Both the position numbers and the translations under genes were made by a program. DNA of 64,000 nucleotides, taken from an uncultured Gemmatimonadales bacterium (GTDB lineage Bacteria; Gemmatimonadota; Gemmatimonadetes; Longimicrobiales; RSA9). The stretch covers positions 192,001 to 256,000 of the forward strand of contig CAVUKA010000001.1 of NCBI GenBank assembly GCA_963741945.1. The letters are read 5' to 3'. Positions 9,879-20,790 of this stretch are shown here, one piece after another; the stretch's first letter is position 1; each line of letters starts with the position of its first letter. A model generated the notes under the pieces. That model saw nothing but the letters and a program-made list of their open reading frames with translations, was not told where the DNA came from and did no database searches.

Positions 9879-10270
9879 TTCCGTTCCCCAAGCCCGATCA
9901 TCCCCCACCCGTCGCACCGGCCGATCCCCTGCCCCATGACGACTCCGACAAGACGCCCGCCGAACTCACCGGACCTTCCACCTGCATCACGCGCGCCCGC
10001 CCATGACCACCGCTCTTGACCCGCCCATCCAACGCCACCCATCGTACCGAGAACAGCCGAAACGGTGTTTGGATCTCCTTCTATGGGGCGGCCCATCAAG
10101 CCGCACGCCGACTGCTCAGGTACGCCTCTGAAATCGTGCGTTCGCCAGGAGCGCGCGGCTCGTCGCCACTTCGACACACCGGCTGAACCTGCTGGGTGCG
10201 CAGACCGCTGCAATGTGGACCTGCCCGCCTGCGCACAGGCCGACTCCTGCCTGCTGGGGAGGGCAGTACG

Positions 10271-12991
10271 ATGCCCGAGTCCATCGACAGAATCAACGCC
10301 GCCCTCTCGGATCGTTATCGTGTCGAGCGCCTGCTCGGCGAAGGCGGCATGGCCACGGTATACCTGGCCGAGGACCTCAAGCACCGGCGCAAGGTGGCCC
10401 TCAAGATCCTCAAGCCCGACGTTGCCGCAGTCGTGGGCTCTGCCCGGTTCCTCGCCGAGATCGAAACCACGGCCAACCTGCACCACCCCCACATTCTTCC
10501 GCTCCACGACTCCGGGGAGGCCGACGGCCTGCTCTACTACGCGATGCCGAGGGTGGAAGGCGAGTCACTTCGGGACCGCCTGGACCGTGAAGGCCAGCTT
10601 CCGGTGGAGGAGGCGGTACGGATCGCGGTGGCGGTAGCCGGCGCACTGGAGCACGCGCACGCCCGGGGCGTGATCCATCGCGACATCAAGCCCGGCAACA
10701 TCCTGCTGCAGGACGGGCAGCCGCTCGTCGCCGACTTCGGCATCGCACTGGCCGTGGGCACGGCGGCCGGCAACCGCCTCACGGAGACGGGCATCCGCGT
10801 AGGAACACCGTTCTACATGAGCCCCGAACAGGCGACGGGCGACCATGCAGTCGGCCCGGCGAGCGACGTGTACGCGCTGGCCTGCGTGCTCTACGAGATG
10901 CTGGTGGGCGAGCCACCGTTTGCGGGCACGGTGGCGCAGGCGATGCTCGGCAGGATCATATCGGGGAGCTTCAGGCGGCCCAGGGATGTGCGGCCGCTCG
11001 TACCGGCCAACGTCGATGCCGCGCTGCGGAAGGCGCTGGAGAGACTGCCCGCAGATCGCTTCTCCTCCGCCAGGGCTTTCGCCAGGGCCCTCGGTGATCG
11101 AGGGTTCCGCTACGGCCCCGACGAGGACGCCCGGGCGGCGGCGCAAGACGGCCGGCGGCGGCGCGCAACAGTGGGAGCCGTGGCCGTCGCGGCTCTCGTG
11201 GCGGCCATGGCGGGGTGGGTGATCCTGAAGAGCGGAGCGCCCCGGCCGGTGGCGCGGTATTCACTGCGACTGCCGGACGGTCACGATATCGGCCAGATCC
11301 ACGGCTCGAATCTCGCCGTATCCCCGGATGGGTCGAGGCTGGTCTACGTGGGACCTGGACCGGGGGTCAGCGGCCGGTCTCAGCTCTGGCTCAAGAGGCG
11401 CGACGAGCTCGACCCCACTCCCCTGCCCGGTACCGAGGACGGACACGGGCCGTCCTTCTCGCCCGACGGCTCCCGGATCGCCTTTCTCGTCGGCAGACCT
11501 CTTGGTGCGGGGCCCTTCAGGATCAAGGTGTCGTCCCTCACTGGCGATCCCCCGGTGATCGTCGCGGAGAAGGGCGTCGGCGGCGATGCCGTCTGGTGGG
11601 GCGGCGATGGAAAGCTCTATTACGAGGGGGTCGCTCCCACCGGTGGACCCTGGGGCATCCTGCGCGTGCCGGCGTCGGGCGGCGCTCCCGAACAGGTGAC
11701 GAGTATTGACGCGGAGAGGCAGGAGACCTTCCATGAATGGCCCGAGCTGCTTCCGGGTGGCAACCGGATGTTGTTCACCGCGACACACACGTCACCGGCG
11801 GACGTGTCGGAGTACAATGTGGCGGTGGCCGATCTTGCAGCTGGCACACATCGCGTCCTCGTGCGGGGGGTCTTCGGCCGGTATGCGCCGTCCGGGCACC
11901 TGCTCTATGTGACGTCGAGCGGAGCCCTCATGGGGGCGCCCTTCGATCCCGACGCGATGCAGCTGACGGGGCCGCCGGTCAGGCTCGCGCGGGGCGTCAC
12001 CGTCGGCCTGTTCGGCTCGGTGGACCTTTCGCTGGCCGACGACGGAACCCTCGTCTACCGGACGGGCGGCGGCGCCAATGGCATTGGGCGGGTCGTGTGG
12101 GTGGGGCGGGACGGCGGAATCACGCCCGTCGACTCGGCCTGGAGCTATATGCCGTTCCCGACCCCGGCGCTCTCCCTCTCCCCGGACGGGAAGAGCCTCG
12201 CCTTGTTCATGCAGACAGAAGCGGGCGAAGATATCTGGGTGAAGATGTTGGGCGGAGGAGCTCCTTCTCGCCTGACCTTCGACACGGCCGAGGACCGCGA
12301 TCCCCGCTGGGCGCCCGACGGAAAGCACATCTACTTCATCTCGAACCGGAATGGACACGACGACGTTTGGTCCCGCGCGGCGGACGGAAGCGGAGAAGCC
12401 GAGATGGTCCTGGACCTCCCGACGGACATAGAGGAGTTCGAGGCTGCGCCCGGGCAACACCGATTCCTCGTGGGCGTCGATCACGGAGATTCACGCGATC
12501 TGGTAGCCGTGACCGGCGGCGATACGCTCGAGACGCCCGTCGCCGGCAGTCTGGACGACGAAGTCGCCCTGGACCTCTCCGACAATGGCCGGTGGGTAGC
12601 GTACGAGTCCATCACCAGGACTGGGGAAACGGAGGTATACGTAAGCCCCTTCGGCGATGCGAGCCGCGGGAGATGGCAGGTTTCCACCGACGGCGGGAGC
12701 AGTCCGCGCTGGGGGCACGACGGACGTGAGCTCTTCTATGTGGACGCCAGTGGCATGATGGTGTCCGCCCAGGTGGAAACGGCCCCTGGCTTTCGCGTGG
12801 TGAGGCACACGCCTCTGTTCAGTGTCACTGACCGTCATCTGCTTTCCGGAAACTATGCGGAATGGGATGTGGCACCCGGCGGACAGCGCTTCATCATGAT
12901 TCAGCTCACGGGGGAGAACCCGGACCAGCGCCACGACCTGGTGGTGGTGGAGAATTTCTTCCGTGAGCTGAAGGAGAAGGTGGGGAGCTAG
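10271..12991 (+). CDS. Hanks-type Ser/Thr protein kinase with TM segment and TolB/PD40 beta-propeller
   Basis: LGEGGMATVY, VALK, HRDIKPGN, DFG, GTPFYMSPEQ, then repeated SPDG/WAPDG blades. Confidence 0.95.
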   Translation: MPESIDRINAALSDRYRVERLLGEGGMATVYLAEDLKHRRKVALKILKPDVAAVVGSARFLAEIETTANLHHPHILPLHDSGEADGLLYYAMPRVEGESLRDRLDREGQLPVEEAVRIAVAVAGALEHAHARGVIHRDIKPGNILLQDGQPLVADFGIALAVGTAAGNRLTETGIRVGTPFYMSPEQATGDHAVGPASDVYALACVLYEMLVGEPPFAGTVAQAMLGRIISGSFRRPRDVRPLVPANVDAALRKALERLPADRFSSARAFARALGDRGFRYGPDEDARAAAQDGRRRRATVGAVAVAALVAAMAGWVILKSGAPRPVARYSLRLPDGHDIGQIHGSNLAVSPDGSRLVYVGPGPGVSGRSQLWLKRRDELDPTPLPGTEDGHGPSFSPDGSRIAFLVGRPLGAGPFRIKVSSLTGDPPVIVAEKGVGGDAVWWGGDGKLYYEGVAPTGGPWGILRVPASGGAPEQVTSIDAERQETFHEWPELLPGGNRMLFTATHTSPADVSEYNVAVADLAAGTHRVLVRGVFGRYAPSGHLLYVTSSGALMGAPFDPDAMQLTGPPVRLARGVTVGLFGSVDLSLADDGTLVYRTGGGANGIGRVVWVGRDGGITPVDSAWSYMPFPTPALSLSPDGKSLALFMQTEAGEDIWVKMLGGGAPSRLTFDTAEDRDPRWAPDGKHIYFISNRNGHDDVWSRAADGSGEAEMVLDLPTDIEEFEAAPGQHRFLVGVDHGDSRDLVAVTGGDTLETPVAGSLDDEVALDLSDNGRWVAYESITRTGETEVYVSPFGDASRGRWQVSTDGGSSPRWGHDGRELFYVDASGMMVSAQVETAPGFRVVRHTPLFSVTDRHLLSGNYAEWDVAPGGQRFIMIQLTGENPDQRHDLVVVENFFRELKEKVGS

Positions 12992-13174
12992 CGCCCACTC
13001 GAATCGCACGGCGCCGGCCACTTCCTCCGCGCTGCATCTGGATCAGGCCGCCGGAACCCTGGCGCGGGACGCCACGCAGGCCCGGTGGCGGCACACGCCC
13101 TGGTCCTTGCCGGGGGCCGGGGGCTGCCAGATCTTTCCAGTGTCCAGGTCCTTCCTCCCAGGGGCAGCCCGACC

Positions 13175-15220
13175 ATGCGGCCACTGGATCGCTTCTTCGC
13201 CGAGCTTCAACGCCGCCGCGCGTTGCGAGTGGCGCTGGCCTACGGCGCGTTCGCATTCGCCCTCGTGCAGGCCGCGGACGTCTATTTCCCGGCGCTGGGG
13301 CTTTCGGATCGCGCGTTCCGGGTGCTGGCGGTGCTTTCGCTGCTCGGCTTTCCGCTGGTGCTGGTGCTGGCCTGGATCTTCGACGTGGGGCGGGGCGGCG
13401 TGCGGCGGACGCCGGCGCTCTCCTCCGCCGAGGACGTGGCGCCCCGCCCCGCCACCGTCGCTGCCGGGGGGCGCGGCGTCATGACTGCCGCCGCGGCCCT
13501 GCTGCTCCTCCTGTTCGGGGCCGTGGCCGCAGTCGCATTCCGCAGTGGTCGGATGGCGGCGGCGAACGAAGTCCGGGCCGGGTCGCGGATCCCGCGCTAC
13601 CAGGTCCAGCGCCTCACGTCGGAGCCGGGAGTGGAGTGGTTCCCCGACCTGTCGCCAGACGGGGAATGGCTGGTGTATTCGGGCGTCGGCGCGGGCGGTG
13701 GCAGGGACGTGTTCCTGCGTGCGGTCGGCGGACAGCGGGCCATTCCGCTGACGGCCGACTTTCCCGGTGACGACGATGAGCCGGCATTCTCGCCCGACGG
13801 CGAACGGATCGCATTCCGGTCCGAGCGCGACGGTGGCGGCATCTTCGTCATGGGTCGGACGGGCGAGGCGCTGCGGCGTGTGACGCGGATGGGGTACCGG
13901 CCGACGTGGTCGCCGGACGGGCGCCGGCTGGCGTTCGTGACGGAGGACGTCGAGCTGAATCCGCAGAACGCGGATCAGCGCAGCGAGCTGTGGATCGTGG
14001 AAGTGGACACGGGCGCGCGCCGGCGGATCGAGACCGTGGAGGATGCGGTGCTGCCCAGCTGGTCGCCGGGCGGCGGCCGGATCGCGTACTTCCGGCGGGG
14101 CTTCGGCGAGAGCGGCGAGTGGGGAATCTGGACCGTGGACACGGCCGGCACCGCGCCCGTGAAGGTGACCGGTGGTGCGAACCGCGACTGGTATCCGGTC
14201 TGGGCCCCCGACGGGCGCCACCTCTTCTTCGCCAGTGACCGCGCCGGGAGCATGAACCTGTGGCGCATCGCCGTGGACGAGGAGACCGGGGCCGCCACCG
14301 GTCCCCCCGAGCCCATCGTGACCCCCGCCACCACGCTGGCGCACATCGCGGTATCGGGAAACGGGCTGAGGCTGGTCTACAGCTCGGTGCTGGCCACCAA
14401 CAACGTGCAGCGGCTGCCCGTGGATCCCGCCACCGGCCGCCCCACGGGCTCGCCGACCTGGATCACCACGGGGACCCGCCGCTGGTCCTCCCCCGATCCC
14501 TCCCGGGACGGGCGCCGGATCGCGATGTATTCGCTCACGCAGCCGGAAGGCCACGTCTTCGTCGTCGCCGCCGATGGCACGGGGCTCCGGCAGGTCACGG
14601 GCGACACCGCCGTGGACCGCGTGCCGCGCTGGTCACCGGACGGCGAGTGGCTCGCCTTCTTCTCCGACCGCGGCGGGCAGCTGCAGGTGTGGAAGATCCG
14701 TCCCGACGGGAGCGACCTCCAGCGGATCTCGGACAGCGGGGGTGTGCCCGCGTGGTCGCCGGACGGCTCGCTCATCGCCACGGGAGTGGGTGCTGCCGCG
14801 TACCTGGTCGATGGCCGCGGCCCCGGGGTCGGCACCCCTCCGGACACGCTGCCACTGCCCGATGTCGGCGACCTGCCCTTCACACCCAACGCCTGGTCGC
14901 CGGATGGCAGGCTGGTGGCAGGCGGCGCCGGCTACGGCGACGGCGGGATCATCATCTACAATGTGGCGTCCAGGCGTTACGACCGCCTCACCGACTTCGG
15001 ACAGTGGCCGGTCTGGCTCCCCGACGGGCGGACGATCCTCTTCGTCACCGGCGGAAATGCGTTTCACACCGTGAACCGGCTCACGCGCGCCGTGCAGCCC
15101 GTGTTCTCCGGGGAGCGGGACGTGATCGGCCCGCCCCGCCTGGCCCCCGACGCGCGCGCCATCTACTTCACCCGCGCGGTCACCGAAGCGGACATCTGGA
15201 TGGTGAGGTTCGAGCCGTAG
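13175..15220 (+). CDS. Membrane-anchored TolB/PD40 beta-propeller protein
   Basis: N-terminal FFAELQRRR..VALAY TM module, many WSPDG repeats. Confidence 0.9.
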   Translation: MRPLDRFFAELQRRRALRVALAYGAFAFALVQAADVYFPALGLSDRAFRVLAVLSLLGFPLVLVLAWIFDVGRGGVRRTPALSSAEDVAPRPATVAAGGRGVMTAAAALLLLLFGAVAAVAFRSGRMAAANEVRAGSRIPRYQVQRLTSEPGVEWFPDLSPDGEWLVYSGVGAGGGRDVFLRAVGGQRAIPLTADFPGDDDEPAFSPDGERIAFRSERDGGGIFVMGRTGEALRRVTRMGYRPTWSPDGRRLAFVTEDVELNPQNADQRSELWIVEVDTGARRRIETVEDAVLPSWSPGGGRIAYFRRGFGESGEWGIWTVDTAGTAPVKVTGGANRDWYPVWAPDGRHLFFASDRAGSMNLWRIAVDEETGAATGPPEPIVTPATTLAHIAVSGNGLRLVYSSVLATNNVQRLPVDPATGRPTGSPTWITTGTRRWSSPDPSRDGRRIAMYSLTQPEGHVFVVAADGTGLRQVTGDTAVDRVPRWSPDGEWLAFFSDRGGQLQVWKIRPDGSDLQRISDSGGVPAWSPDGSLIATGVGAAAYLVDGRGPGVGTPPDTLPLPDVGDLPFTPNAWSPDGRLVAGGAGYGDGGIIIYNVASRRYDRLTDFGQWPVWLPDGRTILFVTGGNAFHTVNRLTRAVQPVFSGERDVIGPPRLAPDARAIYFTRAVTEADIWMVRFEP

Positions 15221-15251
15221 CGCTGACTGTCACACGGCGTCTCCCTCCCGC

Positions 15252-18200
15252 TCAGTCGCCCAGGTGGCCGTGCGGGTCCATGGCCCGGTACAGTCCGGGC
15301 AGCACCAGGAGCACGATGGGGCCGGAGACCACGAAGCCGCCGATTACGGCGATGGCCAGCGCCTGCATGAGCTGCGAGCCCTGGCCGATGGCGAGGGCGA
15401 GGGGGGCGAGGGCAAAGGCAGTGGCCAGGACGGTCATGGCCACGGGTCGGAGCCGGAGATGCGCCGCGGTCACCCACGCATCCTGCGGCGCCTGCCCGTC
15501 GCGCAGCGCGCGCTGCGCTTCGTGGATCACGAAGATGGCGTTCTCTCCCACGATCCCCACCATCATGATGGCCCCGACATAGCTGGAGATATTGAGCGTG
15601 GTTCCGGTGAGGACGAGGGCGCCGAAGACTCCGGCCAGGACGGCAATCGCGCACAGGGCCGTGGCGATGGGGGCGCGCCAGTCGGTGAACTCGAAGAGCA
15701 CGATGACGCCCACCAGGACCAGCCCGCCGAACAGTACGAAGAGCAGCGACTGGAAGGACTGCTGCTGCTGCTTGTACAGTCCGCCATAGTGCACGGACAT
15801 GCCCGGCCCGAGCTGGACCTGGCTCCCCACCTTCTGCTTGATCTCGTTCATGGCGCTGCCGAGATTGCGTCCGGACAGCCGCGCGGTCACGCCCACGTAC
15901 GTCTGCAGGTTCTCACGGTCGATCTCCGCCTCGGGCGTGCTGGTGTGGATGGTGGCCAGCGTGGAGAGCGGAACCAGGACCGGAGGGGTCTTCCCACGGA
16001 TCGGGAGGTTGGCCAGCGAGTCCGGGGGCGCGGCGAAGACGCGCAGGTCGTAGACCCGTTGACCCACCCGGATCTGGTCCTCCACCGCGCCGTTCACCGC
16101 CGGGGCCACTGCCGCGTGCACGTCCGTGGTGGTGAGGCCGTACCGGGCGGCCGCTTCCGCGTTGACGTCCACCACCAGCGACGGCCCCGAGATGGTGATG
16201 CCGTTGAACACGTCCGTCACCCCGTTGATGTTGCCCAGGACCGCGGCCACCTGTTTCGCCCGGCGGTGCAGGAGCGAGATGTTGTCGCCGAACAGCTTCA
16301 CGTCCACCGGCTGCGGCGTGCCGCCCGACAGGTCCCCGATGTTGTCCTCGAGGAGCTGACCGAAGTCCGTATTGACGGCGGGCTCCACGGCGGCGATCCG
16401 GGTGCGCAGCTGGTCCATCACCGTCTGGATCGCCGCCCGCTGTGAGCGCGGCTTCAACTTGATGACGTAGTCGCCCGTGTTGGGCTCCGTGATGAAGAAG
16501 CCGAGCTGCGTGCCCGTGCGCCGCGAGTAGCTCTCCACGCCCGGCGTCGCTATGATGACTCGTTCCGCCCGTCGCAGCATGGCGTCCGTCTCCGCCAGCG
16601 ACGTCCCGGGCGGTGTGAAGTAGTCCATGATGATGGAGCCCTCGTCCATGGCCGGGAGGAAGTCCGTGCCAATGTTCTGGTAGAGGAAGTAGGCGACGCC
16701 GATGAGCCCCACCGTGACCAGCGCCGGGACGAGGGCATGCCGGACGAACAGGCGCACCACCGCTTCGTAGGTTCGGCCGCTCCATCGCACCAGTCGTCGC
16801 CACGCGTCGAGCACGCCGCCCATGTGGCTTGCCGCGAACGCCTTTGCACGATCCCACCAGCTCTGCTTCTCCTTCCCCTCCCGCGGCGGCGCGTGCTTGT
16901 GGACGGCCACGGGGACCGCCACCAGCGCCACCCCGTAGGAGACGGCGAGCGTGGCGGCCATGGTGAACGCCAGCGGCTTGAAGAACGCGCCCACCACGCC
17001 GTTCACCAGCGCGAACGGGAGCAGGATGATGGTGGTGGAGAGGCTCGAGCCGATGAGGGCCGGCAGGATCTCGCGCACGCTGCTCGACACCGGATCCTCG
17101 CGCCCCTCCTCCCGGTAGCGGTGGATGTTCTCGATCACCACGATGGCGTCGTCGGCAATGAGCCCAAGGGCGGCGGCGATCCCGGCCAGCGTCATGAGGT
17201 TGATGGTCTCGCCGAAGACGCTCATCGCAAGTCCCACAATGGCCACGGTGAGGGGGATGGCCGCCACGGCGATGAGCGTGAGCCGCCAGTCGCGCAGGAA
17301 CACCAGGAGCACGAGCGCGGCCAGCAGCACGCCGATGAAGATGGCGTCGCGGGTCCCGCCCACGGAGTTCGCCACGAAGTGCGCCTGGTCGTAGAAATTC
17401 GTCCACTGTACGTCCTTCGGCAGCAGGTCGGGCTGGTCGCGGAAGAGCTGGTCCACGCCCGACGCGATGCTCACCGTGTTCGCCGACGGCTGCCGGATCA
17501 CGTTCACCAGCACCGCCCGCTGCCCGTTCGCCGTGGTGCGGATGTAGGACACCTCATCCGCCACCTTCACCGTCCCCAGCTCCGCCAGCGTCGCGGGCGG
17601 CCCCGCCGGGGTGGGAACAGCGAGCTGTTCGAGCGCGCTCAGGTCGTGCACGCGCCCGTTCACCAGCGTGAGGTAGAGCTCGTGGTTCCGCTCGGTCAGA
17701 CCCGCCGACAGGATGACGTTCTGGTCCCGGATCGCGGATGCCACGTCCCCCACCGCCAGCCCCCGCCCCTGGAGCGCCTGCGCGTCCAGATGCACCTCGA
17801 ACTGCCGCTGCCGACCGCCCTGGATCTGGACCTGCGAGACGCCCGGGATCCGGATCAGCGCCGGCTTCAGCGTGTACTCCGCCAGCGCCCGGAGCTGGGC
17901 CAGCGACTCCGTCTTCGAGGTGAGGGCGTACCCTTCGATGGGGAACACCGCCGGGTTCATCCACTCCACGTCGATCTGCGTTTCCGGCGGGAGCGTGGGC
18001 TGGACGCGCTGCGTGGCCGCCTGCACCCGCTGCAGCGCCACCTGCATGTCCGTCCCCCAGTGGAACTGGGCGTCGATCTCGCTCGAGCCCCGGGACGTGG
18101 TGGAGCGCACCGTCTGGATCCCCGGCACGCGCAGGATCGCCTCCTCCAGCGGACGCGTCGCCGTCGGCATCATGCGCGCGGCCGGCTCCTCGCCCACGTC

Positions 18201-18347
18201 CGCGATGACGCGCACCAGCGGGAACGTGACGGAGGGGAAAATGGAGGATGGGAGGCGCATCACGGACCACACGCCCGCGGCCGCCAGGATGCCGAGCAGC
18301 AGGTAGACTCCGACGATGCGCCGGCGGGCGCCCTCGACCAGCCTCAC
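15252..18347 (-). CDS. RND efflux permease (AcrB/CzcA superfamily)
   Basis: 1031 aa, GLIADDAIVVIENI, RLRPVAMT, two TM blocks. Confidence 0.95.
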   Translation of the reverse strand: MRLVEGARRRIVGVYLLLGILAAAGVWSVMRLPSSIFPSVTFPLVRVIADVGEEPAARMMPTATRPLEEAILRVPGIQTVRSTTSRGSSEIDAQFHWGTDMQVALQRVQAATQRVQPTLPPETQIDVEWMNPAVFPIEGYALTSKTESLAQLRALAEYTLKPALIRIPGVSQVQIQGGRQRQFEVHLDAQALQGRGLAVGDVASAIRDQNVILSAGLTERNHELYLTLVNGRVHDLSALEQLAVPTPAGPPATLAELGTVKVADEVSYIRTTANGQRAVLVNVIRQPSANTVSIASGVDQLFRDQPDLLPKDVQWTNFYDQAHFVANSVGGTRDAIFIGVLLAALVLLVFLRDWRLTLIAVAAIPLTVAIVGLAMSVFGETINLMTLAGIAAALGLIADDAIVVIENIHRYREEGREDPVSSSVREILPALIGSSLSTTIILLPFALVNGVVGAFFKPLAFTMAATLAVSYGVALVAVPVAVHKHAPPREGKEKQSWWDRAKAFAASHMGGVLDAWRRLVRWSGRTYEAVVRLFVRHALVPALVTVGLIGVAYFLYQNIGTDFLPAMDEGSIIMDYFTPPGTSLAETDAMLRRAERVIIATPGVESYSRRTGTQLGFFITEPNTGDYVIKLKPRSQRAAIQTVMDQLRTRIAAVEPAVNTDFGQLLEDNIGDLSGGTPQPVDVKLFGDNISLLHRRAKQVAAVLGNINGVTDVFNGITISGPSLVVDVNAEAAARYGLTTTDVHAAVAPAVNGAVEDQIRVGQRVYDLRVFAAPPDSLANLPIRGKTPPVLVPLSTLATIHTSTPEAEIDRENLQTYVGVTARLSGRNLGSAMNEIKQKVGSQVQLGPGMSVHYGGLYKQQQQSFQSLLFVLFGGLVLVGVIVLFEFTDWRAPIATALCAIAVLAGVFGALVLTGTTLNISSYVGAIMMVGIVGENAIFVIHEAQRALRDGQAPQDAWVTAAHLRLRPVAMTVLATAFALAPLALAIGQGSQLMQALAIAVIGGFVVSGPIVLLVLPGLYRAMDPHGHLGD

Positions 18348-19435
18348 GGGCCCGTGGAGCCGGAAGCGTCCGGAGAGGCCTCCGTCGAGTCCGAGGCCTG
18401 GACCACCTTCGCGCCATCCGGCAGGCCGACCTGACCGGACACGATCACCGGCCGTCCGGCGCCGAGCCGGGGATAGACGATCTCGACGCGCGTCGAGTCC
18501 GCGATCCCGGGAATGACATCCATCCAGTGCGCGTGGTCCGTGGAATCCACCACCGCCATGCGCGTGGTGCCGCTCACGTCGTTGCGGACGACGGCGCCGC
18601 GCGGCACCACGGGCGTGTCCCGGTGCCGGCCCACGACGATGGTGGCCGTGCCGAACAGCCCCACGTCCACCGGCGCTCCCGCGCCTACCGCGGCCGTGGA
18701 GACATCGACGCGGACGGGGATCGTCATCGACACGCCCGTGTCCGCTGGCAGCACGCTGTGCACGGTTCCCCGCAGCGGCGACCGGCGCCCCACCAGGGTG
18801 ATGCGCGCTTCCTGGCCGGGGGAGACGCGGCCGATGTCGCTCTGGGCGATGCCCACCACGAACGTGAGTCTGCCCGTCGTCACCACGCTGATGATGCTGT
18901 CGCCCTGGCTCAGCCGCTCGCCCGGGCTCGCCGAGCGCGCCGCCACCACACCGCCCCGCGCCACCGTGAGCGGCGTCTGCACCACGTTCTGCCGGGCCAC
19001 GGAGAGCGCCCGCTGCGCCATCTCCCGCTCCGCGGCCGTGGCGGCCGAGGCCGCCATGGACTGCGCGCCCTGCAACGCGGCGTAGCTGCTATGCGCCACG
19101 AAGCTGCCGATCCGCTGGCCTGCCCGGACCCGGTCCCCCACGTTCACAGTGAGCGACATGAGCACGCCGTCGAACGGCGCCCGCATCCGCTCCGCGTTCA
19201 GCGCCTTCGTGCTCCCGGGCCCACTCACCGTCTCCCGCATGGTCTGGTAGACGACGGGCGCGATCTGAACCGGCGTCGCCATTCCCGCCGTATCGCTGGC
19301 CGCGCTCGCCGCCGCGCCCGCTCCCCCGCCGCCGCCGAAGCAGCCACTGCACGTACCGCCGCCCCCGCAGGCGAAAGCTGCCATGGCGAGCAGGACGAGG
19401 GAGCGACGCCCGGGGTGCCTCACGGACCGCTCCAT
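18344..19435 (-). CDS. RND periplasmic adaptor (membrane fusion protein), probable lipoprotein
   Basis: AFAC lipobox, APFDG..VNVGDRV barrel-sandwich motif, SGQVGLPDGAKV. Confidence 0.9.
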   Translation of the reverse strand: MERSVRHPGRRSLVLLAMAAFACGGGGTCSGCFGGGGGAGAAASAASDTAGMATPVQIAPVVYQTMRETVSGPGSTKALNAERMRAPFDGVLMSLTVNVGDRVRAGQRIGSFVAHSSYAALQGAQSMAASAATAAEREMAQRALSVARQNVVQTPLTVARGGVVAARSASPGERLSQGDSIISVVTTGRLTFVVGIAQSDIGRVSPGQEARITLVGRRSPLRGTVHSVLPADTGVSMTIPVRVDVSTAAVGAGAPVDVGLFGTATIVVGRHRDTPVVPRGAVVRNDVSGTTRMAVVDSTDHAHWMDVIPGIADSTRVEIVYPRLGAGRPVIVSGQVGLPDGAKVVQASDSTEASPDASGSTGP

Positions 19436-20790
19436 CGGATCAGGCGCGCTCCGGCCTGTCGGTAGTTCATGGCCGCATTGGCCCTCGCGATCTCGGCGTC
19501 GATCCAGGAGGTGAACGCGTCCAGCACCTCGAGGGCGGTGCCGCCGCCGCCGCGGTACAGCGCCGTGGCCTCGAGATAGGAGTCCAGCGCAATGGGGACG
19601 CTGCGCGTCCGGAGCTGGTAGACGCGGTACAGGTCCTCGAGCTGCTCCATCGCCCGCGCCCACTCCAGGTGCGCCTGCCGCCGGACCACGAGCAGCGAGT
19701 CACGCGCCCGACCGGCGCGCAGCTGAGCAGCCTGGATCTGCGCCCGGTACAGGCCGTGGTTCCAGAGCGGCCAGGTGAAGCCCAGCACCGCTTCCACGCC
19801 CGCCCCCTGCCCGTTGTTCATCGGCGCCGGCGGGTTGCTCTGGAACGCCGGCTCCCAGCCGCCGTTCAGCGAGATCCAGAGCTGGGGCAGACGGTCCGCC
19901 CTGGCCTCGGCAATGGCGGCGGCCGCCACGCCCGTGTCCGCCGCGGCGGCTGCGACATCGGGCGTGGAGAGCCACGGAGCGTCAGCCGCCGATGGCGGCG
20001 GAGATGGGGACGGGAGCGGGGTCACGGCCAGGGGCGCCCTCGGGTCCCGCCCCATGAGCGTGTTCAGCTCCACCTGGGCCTCGTCCAGCAGGCGCTCGGC
20101 GTCCGCCGTGTTCGCTTCCTCGTTCGCCAGGCGAGTCCGGGTCTTCAGCACGTCGGCGGCTACACCCTCGCCGCCTGCCCGGCGGGCCTGGAGCCATGCC
20201 AGGTACTGGCCCAGGCGCTGGATGCCCTGCCGGCGCACCTCGATTTCCCGGCGTTGACGCAGCGCTTCCGCATAGCGCAGCCGGACGTCCAGTTCCACGT
20301 CCCGCACCGCCATACGATACCCGGCGGCAGCGGATGTCACCTCGAACCCGGCGCCGCGGACGCCAGCCCGGCGCCGACCGCCGTCGATGAGCGTCTCCTG
20401 GACCATGGCCTGGAGCCGGGCTTCACCCGACGCGTACTTCGGGGGCGCTCCGTCTCGCAGGTCACCATCCAGCGCCACGTTGGGCCACATTCGTGCCCTG
20501 GCCTGCCGCAGCCGTGAAGCGGCGATTGCCGCCGACGCGGCGGCCACGGGGAGCCCCGCGTTGGCGCGCCGTGCCAGCCGCAGGGCGGCGGCAAGCGTGA
20601 CAACACTGTCAGACGCTACCAGGTCCGATGGCGCGGTATCGGGTGCGGCAGCAGGTTCCGGCACCGCTTCCTGGCCCCGTGCACCCGCGGGAACGCATGC
20701 GATGGCCAGGAGCGCGGCCACGGTCAGCCAGCGCTGGCGCCGCGCTCGGCGCCCGCCGGGGTCAATAGGTCTGCTCGATGCGGTCCACAT
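19420..20790 (-). CDS. TolC-family outer membrane factor
   Basis: Two OEP repeats, YRGGGGTALEVLDA, operon position. Confidence 0.9.
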   Translation of the reverse strand: MWTASSRPIDPGGRRARRQRWLTVAALLAIACVPAGARGQEAVPEPAAAPDTAPSDLVASDSVVTLAAALRLARRANAGLPVAAASAAIAASRLRQARARMWPNVALDGDLRDGAPPKYASGEARLQAMVQETLIDGGRRRAGVRGAGFEVTSAAAGYRMAVRDVELDVRLRYAEALRQRREIEVRRQGIQRLGQYLAWLQARRAGGEGVAADVLKTRTRLANEEANTADAERLLDEAQVELNTLMGRDPRAPLAVTPLPSPSPPPSAADAPWLSTPDVAAAAADTGVAAAAIAEARADRLPQLWISLNGGWEPAFQSNPPAPMNNGQGAGVEAVLGFTWPLWNHGLYRAQIQAAQLRAGRARDSLLVVRRQAHLEWARAMEQLEDLYRVYQLRTRSVPIALDSYLEATALYRGGGGTALEVLDAFTSWIDAEIARANAAMNYRQAGARLIRWSGP

